From Acutalibacteraceae bacterium (GTDB lineage Bacteria; Bacillota; Clostridia; Oscillospirales; Acutalibacteraceae): a DNA stretch of 64,000 nt. Positions 7,295-16,469 of this stretch are shown here, piece after piece. Every line of letters starts with the position of its first letter. Position 1 is the stretch's first letter. Below the pieces are notes generated by a model. That model ran no database searches. It was not told the DNA's origin and worked only from the letters and a program-made list of their open reading frames with translations. The stretch lies in the NCBI GenBank assembly GCA_045644025.1, contig JAZRGE010000080.1, positions 17,691 through 81,690 on the forward strand. The letters are read 5' to 3'. Both the position numbers and the translations under genes were made by a program.

Positions 7295-9703
7295 ATGGAG
7301 AAATATATGCAATTCTTTGCCGATGCTTCGGCTAAACCTGTGCAAATAATTGATTGCAAAAATTTTCGCATAACCATAATCACTTCCAGGCTTATCCGAT
7401 TTGAAGCGGGCAGCTACTGCAATGCCGCTACGCAAAGTGTGATAGATCGATCCTTTGCAGCGGCTGACTTTACTACCGAAAAAGACGGAGATCGGCTTAG
7501 GGTAGTCACCGACCATCTGGAGATCAGTTGCGATGCTTCCAAAAACATTGAAGATTCGGGGCTTTGTGTAAAACTGCTGTCTGCTCCATTTTCCAGATGG
7601 CATTGGGGCGATAGACCTCTTCAGAATTTAGGTGGCACGGTGAGCACGTTGGATTCTGTAAACGGTGCCTGCCCCTTAGGAGATGGCATTTGTTCCTTGG
7701 ATGGCTACGGGCTGATAGACGACAGCCGAAGTGCATACTTCATTGAAGACGGCTGGCTGGCTCCCAGAGCAGACGGCACCACCGATATTTATTTCTTTGG
7801 CTACGGGCACGACTACACCGCCGCCGTGCAGGATTACTACCGCCTTACAGGGCCCACCCCTATGATGCCCAAATATGTTTTCGGCAACTGGTGGAGCCGC
7901 TATTTTGAATACACCGAAGATAGCTACAATCAGCTGATAGACGATTTTAATTCCCGCGATATACCGTTGAGCGTGGCTGTGATTGATATGGATTGGCACA
8001 CCACCGACGATGACGGCAGAGATTACAACAAGGACGGTTGGACAGGATACAGCTGGAACAAAAAGTTATTCCCAGATTATAAGCGCTTCTTAAAAGGGCT
8101 TCACGATAAAGGGCTGGCCACATCACTAAATCTGCATCCTGCCGACGGTGTACGCTACTGGGAGGATATGTATCCCCAAATGGCTGAAGCCATGGGCGTT
8201 GATCCTGCCACCAAAGCTCCTATTCCCTTTGATATTCTCAACAAAGATTTTATTAAAGCCTATTTTGAAATCCTCCATTTCCCCTACGAAGAAAACGGAG
8301 TAGATTTTTGGTGGATGGACTGGCAGCAGGGCACCGATTATAATTGGATCCACCGCCACAACGGGGATATTCATAATCCCCTTGAGTGTATTACACCCCT
8401 TTGGATGCTAAATCACTTTCACTATCTTGCATCGAAGCGCAACGGCAAGCGCGGCCTAGCCTTTTCCCGTTTTTCAGGTCACGGCAGCCAGCGCTACCCT
8501 ATAGGCTTTTCCGGTGATACTTGTGTAACATGGGATAGCTTAGACTTCCAGCCATATTTCACCGCCACCGCTTCAAATATTGGTTATGGCTGGTGGAGCC
8601 ACGATATAGGCGGGCACTACATGGGCTACCGCGACGACGAAATGAATACCCGTTGGGTGCAGTCCGGCGTGTTTTCTCCCATATTCAGGCTCCACAGTTC
8701 CAAGAACATCTTCTCGGGCCGAGAGCCTTGGAACTACAACAAACGTTCCGAACTGATCATTTCCGATTTTATGCGGTTGCGCCATTGTTTGTTCCCCTAT
8801 ATCTACACAATGAGCTACCGCAATACCACCGAATTAATTCCCCTTATTCGGCCTATGTATCATCTCTATCCCGAATCCAAGGAAGCCTACGAAGCCAAAA
8901 ATCAGTATTTCTTCGGCAGCGAGCTAATGGTTGCTCCCATCACCAAAAAGGGCGATGCTGTTTCCGATAGGGGCAGCACCAGAGTGTGGTTTCCACAGGG
9001 CAAATGGATAGATTTCTTTAGCGGTATGGTGTATTCAAGCAACACTGTTCTCGATATTCATAGGCCACAAGAGCAAATTCCCCTGTTCCTAAAGGCAGGC
9101 GCTATCGTTCCCCTGCAGCCCCATATTGAGGGGCAAAACGAACTGGGATTGGGCAGCGATGCAGAACTTTTGGTTGCTGCAGGAGATTCCAATTCCTTCA
9201 CCCTTTATGAAGATGACGGCGAAACCGAATCCTGGCGCAACGGGGCCTTTGCCACAACCGAATTCAGCCTGGATTGGAAGGATAATTCTGCAACATTTAA
9301 GGTTCACCCCACTAAAGGAGATCCTTCCATAACGTTTGTTTCCAGAAACTACACCATCCGCTTTAAGGGCTTTGGCAAGGGCTGCCGTTTCTATGCCGCC
9401 GGCAAGGAGCTGCATGCTGATTATTCAGAACAGAGCAACACCTACACAATTCGGCTTGAAACCGTAAACTCTGCCGAAGGCGCAGAAATTGCTATAACAA
9501 GTGATGGCAATCTGATCCACAACAATTCCGATTTTAGGGAAAAGATCTGCGATCTGCTTTATCGTTCGCAAACAACCTTCGAAGAAAAGCTGCACCTTAT
9601 TTGGCTGGTGGATAACCGCCCAAGGGATATTCGGGAAACCGATAGCAACGATCTGCTTTCCAAGGCAGTGCGAGAATACTTAATAATTGCAAACAAAATA
9701 TAG
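7295..9703 (+). CDS. Glycoside hydrolase family 31 (alpha-xylosidase/alpha-glucosidase-like)
   Basis: 802-aa ORF with GH31 signatures: KYVFGNWWSRY, VIDMDWH, WWMDWQQG, GFSGDT..W and WWSHDIGGH. GGAGG lies 8 nt upstream of the ATG. Confidence 0.85.
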   Translation: MEKYMQFFADASAKPVQIIDCKNFRITIITSRLIRFEAGSYCNAATQSVIDRSFAAADFTTEKDGDRLRVVTDHLEISCDASKNIEDSGLCVKLLSAPFSRWHWGDRPLQNLGGTVSTLDSVNGACPLGDGICSLDGYGLIDDSRSAYFIEDGWLAPRADGTTDIYFFGYGHDYTAAVQDYYRLTGPTPMMPKYVFGNWWSRYFEYTEDSYNQLIDDFNSRDIPLSVAVIDMDWHTTDDDGRDYNKDGWTGYSWNKKLFPDYKRFLKGLHDKGLATSLNLHPADGVRYWEDMYPQMAEAMGVDPATKAPIPFDILNKDFIKAYFEILHFPYEENGVDFWWMDWQQGTDYNWIHRHNGDIHNPLECITPLWMLNHFHYLASKRNGKRGLAFSRFSGHGSQRYPIGFSGDTCVTWDSLDFQPYFTATASNIGYGWWSHDIGGHYMGYRDDEMNTRWVQSGVFSPIFRLHSSKNIFSGREPWNYNKRSELIISDFMRLRHCLFPYIYTMSYRNTTELIPLIRPMYHLYPESKEAYEAKNQYFFGSELMVAPITKKGDAVSDRGSTRVWFPQGKWIDFFSGMVYSSNTVLDIHRPQEQIPLFLKAGAIVPLQPHIEGQNELGLGSDAELLVAAGDSNSFTLYEDDGETESWRNGAFATTEFSLDWKDNSATFKVHPTKGDPSITFVSRNYTIRFKGFGKGCRFYAAGKELHADYSEQSNTYTIRLETVNSAEGAEIAITSDGNLIHNNSDFREKICDLLYRSQTTFEEKLHLIWLVDNRPRDIRETDSNDLLSKAVREYLIIANKI

Positions 9704-9704
9704 C

Positions 9705-9740
9705 AAAAAAGAGCGGCCATATGCCGCTCTTTTGTTTTAT
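9705..9740. terminator. Bidirectional rho-independent terminator
   Basis: AAAAGAGCGGC (9707-9717) pairs with GCCGCTCTTTT (9723-9733), and the hairpin has a T-rich tail. Confidence 0.8.
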
Positions 9741-10612
9741 TGATTTTGGCCTTTCAAATATTCCACGTACTCTTCCAGGCACATATCCAGCGCCTCCATC
9801 TGCTTGGCGTGCTTCACACCCACAAAGCGGAAGTGCCACGGCTCGTAGATAATACCTGTTATTTCGGTTTTATCCGTGGGGTAGCGAAGGATGAAACCGT
9901 AGTCGGTGCAATTTTCGGCCAGCCACTTGCCTGCCTTGGTGTTTTCGAAGCTCTGCTCCACAGAATTAAAATCTATGGCAAGGCCCACCTGATGCTCGCT
10001 TGTGCCGGGCACGGCCACTATTGTTCCCGCCTTCTTAATAGCCTCTTCTTCCGAAAGGCCATCTTCATTTATACATCGCTGCACGCGATTCTTAAAAAGG
10101 GTCTCCTGCCTGCTATAGGAACGATAAGCCGAAATGGAATAGATGGTGACACCATCTTCCCATGCTGCAGCCACCATATCCTTATAGGCGCCATAGGCAC
10201 GGGAATCCAGCATATGGCCGTCGTTATTAATTCTCACAAGGTTTTCGGGCACAAAATCCTTCCCTGCAGGCTTCCACTTATTAGTGAGCATAAGATACCA
10301 CTCGTTAAGCTCGGCTTGCCCGCTAACGGTGTATTCTATATAATCTCCGCTATCCAGCCTGTTGCTTCCGCCTGTGGGCATAGAGACGACCGACGACGTT
10401 TCGGATGATGTTTCCACAGCCGAAGACGAAGGCTCCACCGATGTGGTGGGTGCCTGCGCAGGCTTTTGGGAAGAGGATGAAGACGATTCTCCACCCGAGC
10501 CGCCAATGCCTGCTATTATGGCAACAAAAGCCACCGCCAGCGCCGCAAAGATTACCACGACTATCGCGGCATAAATCGGCGCGTTTTTATTTCTGCGTCT
10601 TCTCCCAGCCAT
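9737..10612 (-). CDS. M15B (VanY-like) D-alanyl-D-alanine carboxypeptidase, membrane-anchored
   Basis: An N-terminal TM helix and a Ser-rich linker precede the motifs SAYRSYSRQ, PGTSEHQVGLAIDF and EPWHFRFVG. Confidence 0.85.
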   Translation of the reverse strand: MAGRRRRNKNAPIYAAIVVVIFAALAVAFVAIIAGIGGSGGESSSSSSQKPAQAPTTSVEPSSSAVETSSETSSVVSMPTGGSNRLDSGDYIEYTVSGQAELNEWYLMLTNKWKPAGKDFVPENLVRINNDGHMLDSRAYGAYKDMVAAAWEDGVTIYSISAYRSYSRQETLFKNRVQRCINEDGLSEEEAIKKAGTIVAVPGTSEHQVGLAIDFNSVEQSFENTKAGKWLAENCTDYGFILRYPTDKTEITGIIYEPWHFRFVGVKHAKQMEALDMCLEEYVEYLKGQNQ

Positions 10613-10628
10613 TATTATCCCTCACTAA

Positions 10629-11363
10629 TTATTCCCGGCCTTCTGCCAGAATATTATCAATTATCTTCTCTGCCGCCAAAAGATCATTTTCGGCAGGCTG
10701 AATTATATTATTTTTGCTGAAGTTTCTGGCAGCTATATAAAAATTGCCCTTGATAGTGCCCACCGAATCGGCTTTTTTAATCTCTTCACCGATAGGTGTG
10801 GTTGCCAGATTCACTCCCCTGCCCGAAAGAGCCGGCAGATCTCTCTTGATAAACAACTCTCCTGCAGTATTGTCCAACTGCTTGATCGTGTCGTCGTCCA
10901 CAATAAACATGGTTGTTTGCGGATCCATTAGCTGGGTCTGCACTCTATCCAGAGTGTTTTTCATCTGGTTAGTCTGCATTCCGCTATAAACACAGCAATC
11001 AATTATAAGCACGTTCACTTCGCCATCGCCGTTCACATCGGGGCAATACTTTTCTAATTCTTCCCCCAATTTATCAGACGTGGCCTTGTCCATAAAACTG
11101 CCCAGATACACCACCACGCGGCAATCATACTTCGGCTTGGTGACAAATTGCACAACACATATTGTGAGCACCAGTGCCACAGCAGCGGAGCCTATCACGC
11201 CCCACTTATTATGATACCAAAAATTGGCCAGCTTTTCCTTAAAGGTGCGGGGTGCAGAATATTCTTCCTTTTTAGGCTCAGCCGCGCTCTCGCTTTTTAT
11301 TTCCAGCAAATCGCGGCGCCTGCGAGCTTGCTCTCGTTTCCAATCACTTTGCTTTTCGGCCAT
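10629..11363 (-). CDS. Hypothetical membrane-anchored protein (basic N-terminus, one TM helix, about 170-aa extracytoplasmic domain)
   Basis: 244-aa ORF. GVIGSAAVALVLTICVVQF is a predicted TM helix. I recognise no family. It lies 16 nt upstream of the VanY-like gene on the same strand. Confidence 0.55.
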   Translation of the reverse strand: MAEKQSDWKREQARRRRDLLEIKSESAAEPKKEEYSAPRTFKEKLANFWYHNKWGVIGSAAVALVLTICVVQFVTKPKYDCRVVVYLGSFMDKATSDKLGEELEKYCPDVNGDGEVNVLIIDCCVYSGMQTNQMKNTLDRVQTQLMDPQTTMFIVDDDTIKQLDNTAGELFIKRDLPALSGRGVNLATTPIGEEIKKADSVGTIKGNFYIAARNFSKNNIIQPAENDLLAAEKIIDNILAEGRE

Positions 11364-11449
11364 TTTTCTGCCCCCTTTTTATTAGGATGCATATATTATA
11401 GCAGATTTTTTGCCGCCCGTAAAGGGGGCGGAATTAATTTACAAAAAAT

Positions 11450-11480
11450 TAAAAAAAGCAGCGGATAACCGCTGCTTTTC
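11450..11480 (-). terminator. Rho-independent terminator after glyQS
   Basis: GCAGCGG (11458-11464) pairs with CCGCTGC (11469-11475). On the minus strand the hairpin is followed by TTTTTTT. Confidence 0.8.
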
Positions 11481-11484
11481 ACTT

Positions 11485-12879
11485 TTAATAGTTGATCTTC
11501 TTTGCAAGATAATCCTTAAGGTCGGCAATGGCAACGCGCTCCTGCTGCATTGTATCGCGATCGCGAACGGTAACAGCACCGTCCTCTTCTGTCTGGAAAT
11601 CGTAGGTGATGCAGAAGGGAGTACCAATTTCATCTTCGCGGCGGTATCTCTTACCGATAGAACCTGCATCATCAAAATCAAGCATGAAATCCTTGCTTAA
11701 TTCGCGGTAAAGCTCGCCTGCCTTTTCGGAAAGCTTCTTGGAAAGGGGCAGAACAGCTGCCTTAAAGGGAGCAATGGCAGGGTGGAGATGCAGCACTGTG
11801 CGAACCTCACCCTTTTCATCCTGCTCCTCATCATATGCATTGCAGAAGAAAGCAAGGAACACACGGTCGGCACCCAGCGAAGGTTCGATTACGTAAGGCA
11901 CGTATTTCTCGTTAGTCTCGGGATCAAAATACTCCAAGGGCTGGCCGGAATGATTGCTGTGCTGGGTGAGATCGTAGTCGGTTCTATCAGCTACGCCCCA
12001 AAGCTCGCCCCAACCGAAGGGGAAAAGGAACTCGAAATCGGTTGTAGCCTTAGAATAGAAGCAGAGCTCATCAGCATCGTGATCGCGCAGGCGCAGGCTC
12101 TCCTCATCCATGCCCAAATCCAGCAGCCACTGGCGGCAAAAGCTGCGCCAATAGGCAAACCACTCAAGATCGGTGCCGGGCTTGCAGAAGAATTCCAGCT
12201 CCATCTGCTCGAACTCACGGATACGGAAGATAAAGTTGCCGGGAGTGATCTCATTACGGAAGGATTTGCCGATCTGAGCCACACCAAAAGGCACCTTGCG
12301 GCGAGTGGTGCGCTGGATATTCTTGAAGTTCACAAAAATACCCTGAGCAGTCTCGGGGCGCATATAGAGTGTGGAAGAGCTATCTTCGGTAACACCCTGG
12401 AAGGTCTTAAACATAAGATTGAATTTGCGGATATCGGTGAAATCATGAGAGCCGCAGGAAGGGCAGGCAATGCCTTTTTCACGGATGTAGGCCATCATCT
12501 CATCGTCTGTCATAGCGGCAGGGTTATCGGAAAGGCCGTTGGCTGCCACGTAATCTTCGATAAGCTTATCGGCACGGTGCCTTGTCTTACACTGGCGGCA
12601 ATCCATCAGAGGATCGGAGAATCCGCCAAGGTGGCCGGAGGCAACCCATGTTTCGGGGTTCATAAGGATAGCGGAGTCCAGGCCTACGTTGTAGGGATTT
12701 TCCTGAACAAATTTCTTCCACCAAGCCTTCTTGATGTTGTTCTTCATTTCCACACCCAAGGGGCCGTAGTCCCAAGAGTTGGCCAAGCCGCCGTAGATCT
12801 CGCTACCGGGATAAACGAAGCCGCGTCCCTTTGCCAGGGAAACGATTGTGTCCATATTTTTTTCTGCGTTTTTAAGCAT
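11485..12879 (-). CDS. glyQS: Glycine--tRNA ligase (alpha2 homodimeric type)
   Basis: 464-aa ORF. The N-terminus reads [31 protein letters not shown], and the class II core and anticodon-binding C-terminus are typical. Confidence 0.95.
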   Translation of the reverse strand: MLKNAEKNMDTIVSLAKGRGFVYPGSEIYGGLANSWDYGPLGVEMKNNIKKAWWKKFVQENPYNVGLDSAILMNPETWVASGHLGGFSDPLMDCRQCKTRHRADKLIEDYVAANGLSDNPAAMTDDEMMAYIREKGIACPSCGSHDFTDIRKFNLMFKTFQGVTEDSSSTLYMRPETAQGIFVNFKNIQRTTRRKVPFGVAQIGKSFRNEITPGNFIFRIREFEQMELEFFCKPGTDLEWFAYWRSFCRQWLLDLGMDEESLRLRDHDADELCFYSKATTDFEFLFPFGWGELWGVADRTDYDLTQHSNHSGQPLEYFDPETNEKYVPYVIEPSLGADRVFLAFFCNAYDEEQDEKGEVRTVLHLHPAIAPFKAAVLPLSKKLSEKAGELYRELSKDFMLDFDDAGSIGKRYRREDEIGTPFCITYDFQTEEDGAVTVRDRDTMQQERVAIADLKDYLAKKINY

Positions 12880-12902
12880 ATTTCTTCCTCCAAAAAGGTT
12901 GT

Positions 12903-13118
12903 TTACAGCATAAACTGATCGGCTGTGAAGGAGCCAAGCTCAGGCATTGTGCCGGGCTGCCTTTTGAGCGGATCGTACTTAAAGCGGCGGCAGGAATCAT
13001 CGGCCGAAACACTGCCTCTTTTGCGGCAGAGAATCACACCGCTATCGGCTGTGATTATGGCTCTGCTGCAATACTTACAAGCAGGCTGAGGCTTATTGAT
13101 AGCCTTGTTTATAGCCAT
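12903..13118 (-). CDS. Small (71 aa) four-cysteine protein, putative zinc ribbon
   Basis: The sequence is [55 protein letters not shown]... (CxxC...C...C). GGGGTGG lies 5 nt upstream of the ATG at 13118. It ends 23 nt before glyQS. Confidence 0.55.
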   Translation of the reverse strand: MAINKAINKPQPACKYCSRAIITADSGVILCRKRGSVSADDSCRRFKYDPLKRQPGTMPELGSFTADQFML

Positions 13119-13177
13119 TGACACCACCCCTTGGGGATTAGTATAACAAAAAGATTTTAGAAAATCTACATAAAAAA

Positions 13178-14236
13178 TTATATTATTTGATTTTTCCCGA
13201 ATAAAATTTGCCCCAAATAGCCTAAAAACACCGCCGCCGAGCAAAAAAGGCTCAGGGATGCCATTAGTCCGCCTTGCCCCGATTGAAGCCTGGCGGAAAT
13301 GGTTGGCAGATCCGGCAGATCCACGGGGAAAAACCGCAGCAGCAAAAAACACACCGCCGCCGAAATCAAAGCGCAGGCAGCACGGCTCAAAAATATATGT
13401 GAAAATCTTATGCCTGCTCCCCGCCCCAGTGCCAACACCTGAAACTGCACCGCCAAGCCTCCAAATGATATATAGGCTGCATATAGCGGAAGAGGCACTC
13501 TGCCAAGATGGGAAAGCCCCGTTGTGATCTCCAAAAGGGGCAAGATCGGCACCCACTCCCCCATCCTATAAATTACCGGTGCAAGAAACGCCGAAAAAAG
13601 AATGGTGTAGCCGCAAATTGCCATTGTGCTCCTTACCGCCGACTCACAAGCCTCGCAAAAGGCCTCGCCAATACTTCCCTGCCCTTCGGCATTAGGCGGC
13701 AACGGTCTGCATCTTTGAGCCGAAAAAACACCCATTATTACCGATGCGGAAAAGGTGGATGCCAAAAGAACAACTCCTGCCTTGGCCGAGCCAAGCATTG
13801 TGCCGCCCACGGCCGAGATGCAAAAAGCAGGCCCGGGATTTACACAGAATCTGATCATTCGCTCCGCTTGAATCCCATCTATCTCACCTTTCTGCCGAAG
13901 GTGTGATATAAGCTTAGCTGAAACAGGATAGCCCGAAAAAAACGAGAGCAGAACCGCCGTGGCCGAGCGCCCCCTCACCCCAAAAAGAAGGTTGCACACA
14001 GGTGAGACTATTCTGCCCAGCAACCTTGATGCCGCCGTGCGACCCGTAAATTCTGCTAAAAACATAAAAGGGAACAGGGTGGGTATCACCACTCTGCCGC
14101 ATAGTCTTATTCCCTCGGCTGCTCCCGATGCTGTGTCACCTCTGAACACAAAAAGAAACACCGCCATCACACCTATCATTGCGCTCACCGCCAAATATTC
14201 CGCCCCGAGCCTTAAAACAGCGCCCTTAATCTTCAT
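13178..14236 (-). CDS. ylbJ: Sporulation integral membrane protein YlbJ
   Basis: Polytopic membrane ORF. The start is set at MKIKGAVLRLGAEY (14236) behind AGGGAGGG. The motifs VIPTLFPFMFL and LLSFFSGYPVSAKL are YlbJ-like. Confidence 0.75.
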   Translation of the reverse strand: MKIKGAVLRLGAEYLAVSAMIGVMAVFLFVFRGDTASGAAEGIRLCGRVVIPTLFPFMFLAEFTGRTAASRLLGRIVSPVCNLLFGVRGRSATAVLLSFFSGYPVSAKLISHLRQKGEIDGIQAERMIRFCVNPGPAFCISAVGGTMLGSAKAGVVLLASTFSASVIMGVFSAQRCRPLPPNAEGQGSIGEAFCEACESAVRSTMAICGYTILFSAFLAPVIYRMGEWVPILPLLEITTGLSHLGRVPLPLYAAYISFGGLAVQFQVLALGRGAGIRFSHIFLSRAACALISAAVCFLLLRFFPVDLPDLPTISARLQSGQGGLMASLSLFCSAAVFLGYLGQILFGKNQII

Positions 14237-14261
14237 AAACAAAACCCTCCCTAAAATATAT

Positions 14262-14549
14262 ATGAGTGTGGAGGGGATAATTTTGTCTGATATAAAAAAG
14301 AACGCTGCGGCTTCGCTGGGCGTGCCGCTTGCAGCTATAGACCGTTGCCCCAAGATAGAGCTTATCGGCAACAGAGAGGCCACTGTAGACGGGTGCAGGG
14401 GTGTGGCAGAATACGGTGACACAGCCATAAGGCTGAACATTTCGGGCGGTTCGATATGCTTTTTCGGCACCGACCTGCAGATAACCTGTCTCTACAGCAA
14501 CGAAGCCACCATAAAAGGCTTTATATGCAACGTAGAATTTTGCTTGTAG
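14262..14549 (+). CDS. yqfC: Sporulation protein YqfC
   Basis: About 95 aa, containing PKIELIGNREATVDGCRGVAEYGDTAIRLN...ITCLYSNEATIKGFICNVEF, typical of YqfC. The start is ambiguous: ATG 14262 has no SD, and a TTG at about 14283 sits behind GGAGGGG. Confidence 0.7.
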   Translation: MSVEGIILSDIKKNAAASLGVPLAAIDRCPKIELIGNREATVDGCRGVAEYGDTAIRLNISGGSICFFGTDLQITCLYSNEATIKGFICNVEFCL

Positions 14550-14558
14550 GTGGTTTTT

Positions 14559-15737
14559 ATGTTTGTGCGACTTATCCGCCTTTTAACAGGCTGTGTTTAC
14601 GTGATGTTTTCGGGAGATACCCCCGAAAGGATGCTCACCGTACTTTCCAAAAGTCATCTTCCCTTTTGGAATATCAAACGGCGCAGCGGCGGCATCGTTG
14701 TTTGTATGTATGCGCGGCATTTCAGAAAGCTGCGCGCGCTGCGGCGAACGGCCGACGTGAAGGTGCATATCTTAGGCAGGCGCGGCCTACCTTTTGTGAT
14801 GAACCGCTACCGATTTCGCTTAGGCTTCGCATTAGGGTTCGTTTGCTTCCTTGCACTCAATTGGGCAGCAGGGCTTTTTATCTGGAATATAAATATTGAG
14901 GGAAATCTGAATATTCCCACAGCCCATATCCTACGCTATCTAAAGGAACAAAACGTGGCCGAGGGCAGCCTTGCATCTGCCGTGGATTGTGATAATATCC
15001 GAGTGAAGCTCACCCGAGATATGGAAGGCATATCCTGGGCATCACTCTCGGTGGAGGGCAGCGTGCTCACCGTGGCTGTGCACGAGCGAAGCCCCATAGA
15101 CACAACTTCTCCCAAGCCCTGCAATTTAGTGGCAAATGCCGACGGAATAATCTGCGACATACGTGTGCTTTCGGGCAAAACTCTGGTGAAAAAGGGTGAC
15201 ACGATATCTAAAGGGCAACTGCTTGTTTCGGGGATAGTGGAATACTCCACGGGGCAGAGCAATTTTGTGGCCGCCAAAGGGGTCATTTCGGCCTACACCA
15301 CAAAGGATATCGTGGTACGTCAACCCTTATCATACACCCAAACGCGCCGCACGGGAGAGCAAACGCGGCGCAGCGTGTTTTCCTTCTTCGGGCTTAAAAT
15401 CCCCCTTTATCTGGGCAATGTTGCACACCCCCACGAGAAGGACGTTGTTTCTGCGCGGCCCGAAGCCAACGGCGCCTACCTGCCCATATCCCTTACAACC
15501 GCCACTTTTTATTACACCGAGCAACAGCAAATCAATCTCACATCAGAACAAGCACAGAGTGAAGCGGCTCGGCAGATGAACGAAATATGCAACGATATTA
15601 AGGATTATGAGATTTTATCCTACACCGATAGCTTTGAGGAAGAGAATGGATATGTGGTGCTTAAAAGGCATATCCAGGCTAAAGAAAACATTGCAATCAG
15701 GGAAGAAATTCAAATAAATATTGGAAATCCTGAATAG
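14559..15737 (+). CDS. yqfD: Sporulation protein YqfD
   Basis: It lies immediately downstream of yqfC. The N-terminus is GCVYVMFSGDTPERMLTVL, with one TM helix followed by WNINIEGN. The ATG at 14559 follows GGTGG. Confidence 0.8.
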   Translation: MFVRLIRLLTGCVYVMFSGDTPERMLTVLSKSHLPFWNIKRRSGGIVVCMYARHFRKLRALRRTADVKVHILGRRGLPFVMNRYRFRLGFALGFVCFLALNWAAGLFIWNINIEGNLNIPTAHILRYLKEQNVAEGSLASAVDCDNIRVKLTRDMEGISWASLSVEGSVLTVAVHERSPIDTTSPKPCNLVANADGIICDIRVLSGKTLVKKGDTISKGQLLVSGIVEYSTGQSNFVAAKGVISAYTTKDIVVRQPLSYTQTRRTGEQTRRSVFSFFGLKIPLYLGNVAHPHEKDVVSARPEANGAYLPISLTTATFYYTEQQQINLTSEQAQSEAARQMNEICNDIKDYEILSYTDSFEEENGYVVLKRHIQAKENIAIREEIQINIGNPE

Positions 15738-15775
15738 ATATGATATAATCTTCCATAGCACAAGGGGGATTATAT

Positions 15776-16429
15776 ATGAAGAACTACGAGTATATTGCCT
15801 TCGATCTGGACGGCACCTTGATGAACACCTACGAAGGAGTTTCCAAGGCTATAACATACACTATGGATAAAATGGGCAAACCTAAGCCCACCGAGCAGCA
15901 GATAAGGCCCTGCATCGGCCCGCCTCTGGATGATTCCTACAAGAAGATCTTTGGCTTCACCCACGAGGAAGCTATTGAGGGTGTGGCTAAGTTCCGCGAA
16001 TACTACAGAGATAAAGGCCAGTTTGAATGCCACCCCTACAGTGGCATTACAGATACTTTGGCAGCACTTAACGATGCCGGCTACAAACTTTTTGTGGCCA
16101 CGTCTAAGCTTATCACCCCTGCGCTGGAGATAGTCCGCCACTTTGGGCTGGATAAATATTTCTGCCACGTGGAAGGCACTCCCCCGGGATACGGCGATTG
16201 CTCCAAGGCCGACGTGCTTCGCAACGCCTTCTCGTCTCTTGGAATTACCGATAAAAGCAAGGTGATTCTTGTGGGCGACACTAAATTCGACGTGATAGGT
16301 GCCAAGGAAGCGGGAATTGAATGTATGGGCGTGCTCTACGGCTTTGGCAGCGAGCAGGAATTTAAGGAAAACGGTGCGGACTACATTGTGGAAACCACCT
16401 CCGATATTGCAGATTTCTTTTTGAAATAA
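15776..16429 (+). CDS. HAD-IA family hydrolase (phosphoglycolate phosphatase-like)
   Basis: IAFDLDGTLMNT is the DxDGT motif. VATSK and VGDTKFDVIGAKEAG are the other HAD motifs. Confidence 0.8.
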   Translation: MKNYEYIAFDLDGTLMNTYEGVSKAITYTMDKMGKPKPTEQQIRPCIGPPLDDSYKKIFGFTHEEAIEGVAKFREYYRDKGQFECHPYSGITDTLAALNDAGYKLFVATSKLITPALEIVRHFGLDKYFCHVEGTPPGYGDCSKADVLRNAFSSLGITDKSKVILVGDTKFDVIGAKEAGIECMGVLYGFGSEQEFKENGADYIVETTSDIADFFLK

Positions 16430-16433
16430 ATAA

Positions 16434-16469
16434 ACACCTCAGAAGATGATTCTTCTGAGGTGTATTTTT
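16434..16469. terminator. Bidirectional rho-independent terminator
   Basis: ACACCTCAGAAGA (16434-16446) pairs with TCTTCTGAGGTGT (16451-16463), followed by ATTTTTA. Confidence 0.8.

Noticed and set aside
7184-7603. A 139-aa minus-strand ORF spanning the AraC/GH31 intergenic region.
   Set aside because: It overlaps the GH31 start and the divergent promoter region. It has no RBS or homology and has skewed composition.
11408-11436. A second hairpin (CCGCCC-N7-GGGCGG) downstream of the glyQS terminator, considered as a tandem terminator.
   Set aside because: On the minus strand it is followed by CAAAAAATC, not a T-run. It overlaps the likely promoter region (TATAAT at about 11383-11388) of the next gene. 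It is probably incidental or a minor structural element.
12880-13140. A possible T-box leader upstream of glyQS. The interval has the right length, and GGGGTGGTGT at 13121-13130 (minus strand) resembles the start of the T-box sequence GGGTGGTACCGCG.
   Set aside because: The match stops after GGGTGGT, and it sits 240 nt rather than 30-60 nt from the glyQS start. It functions well as the RBS of the 71-aa ORF. No specifier stem, no terminator/antiterminator pair and no T-run are present downstream.
13119-13556. The N-terminal extension of ORF 12903-13556 (217 aa), and likewise the first 78 codons of ORF 13178-14470.
   Set aside because: The extensions overlap the well-supported ylbJ and yqfC genes in other frames, have no RBS and have odd composition. 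Internal starts with good RBSs (13118 and 14236) give family-typical proteins.
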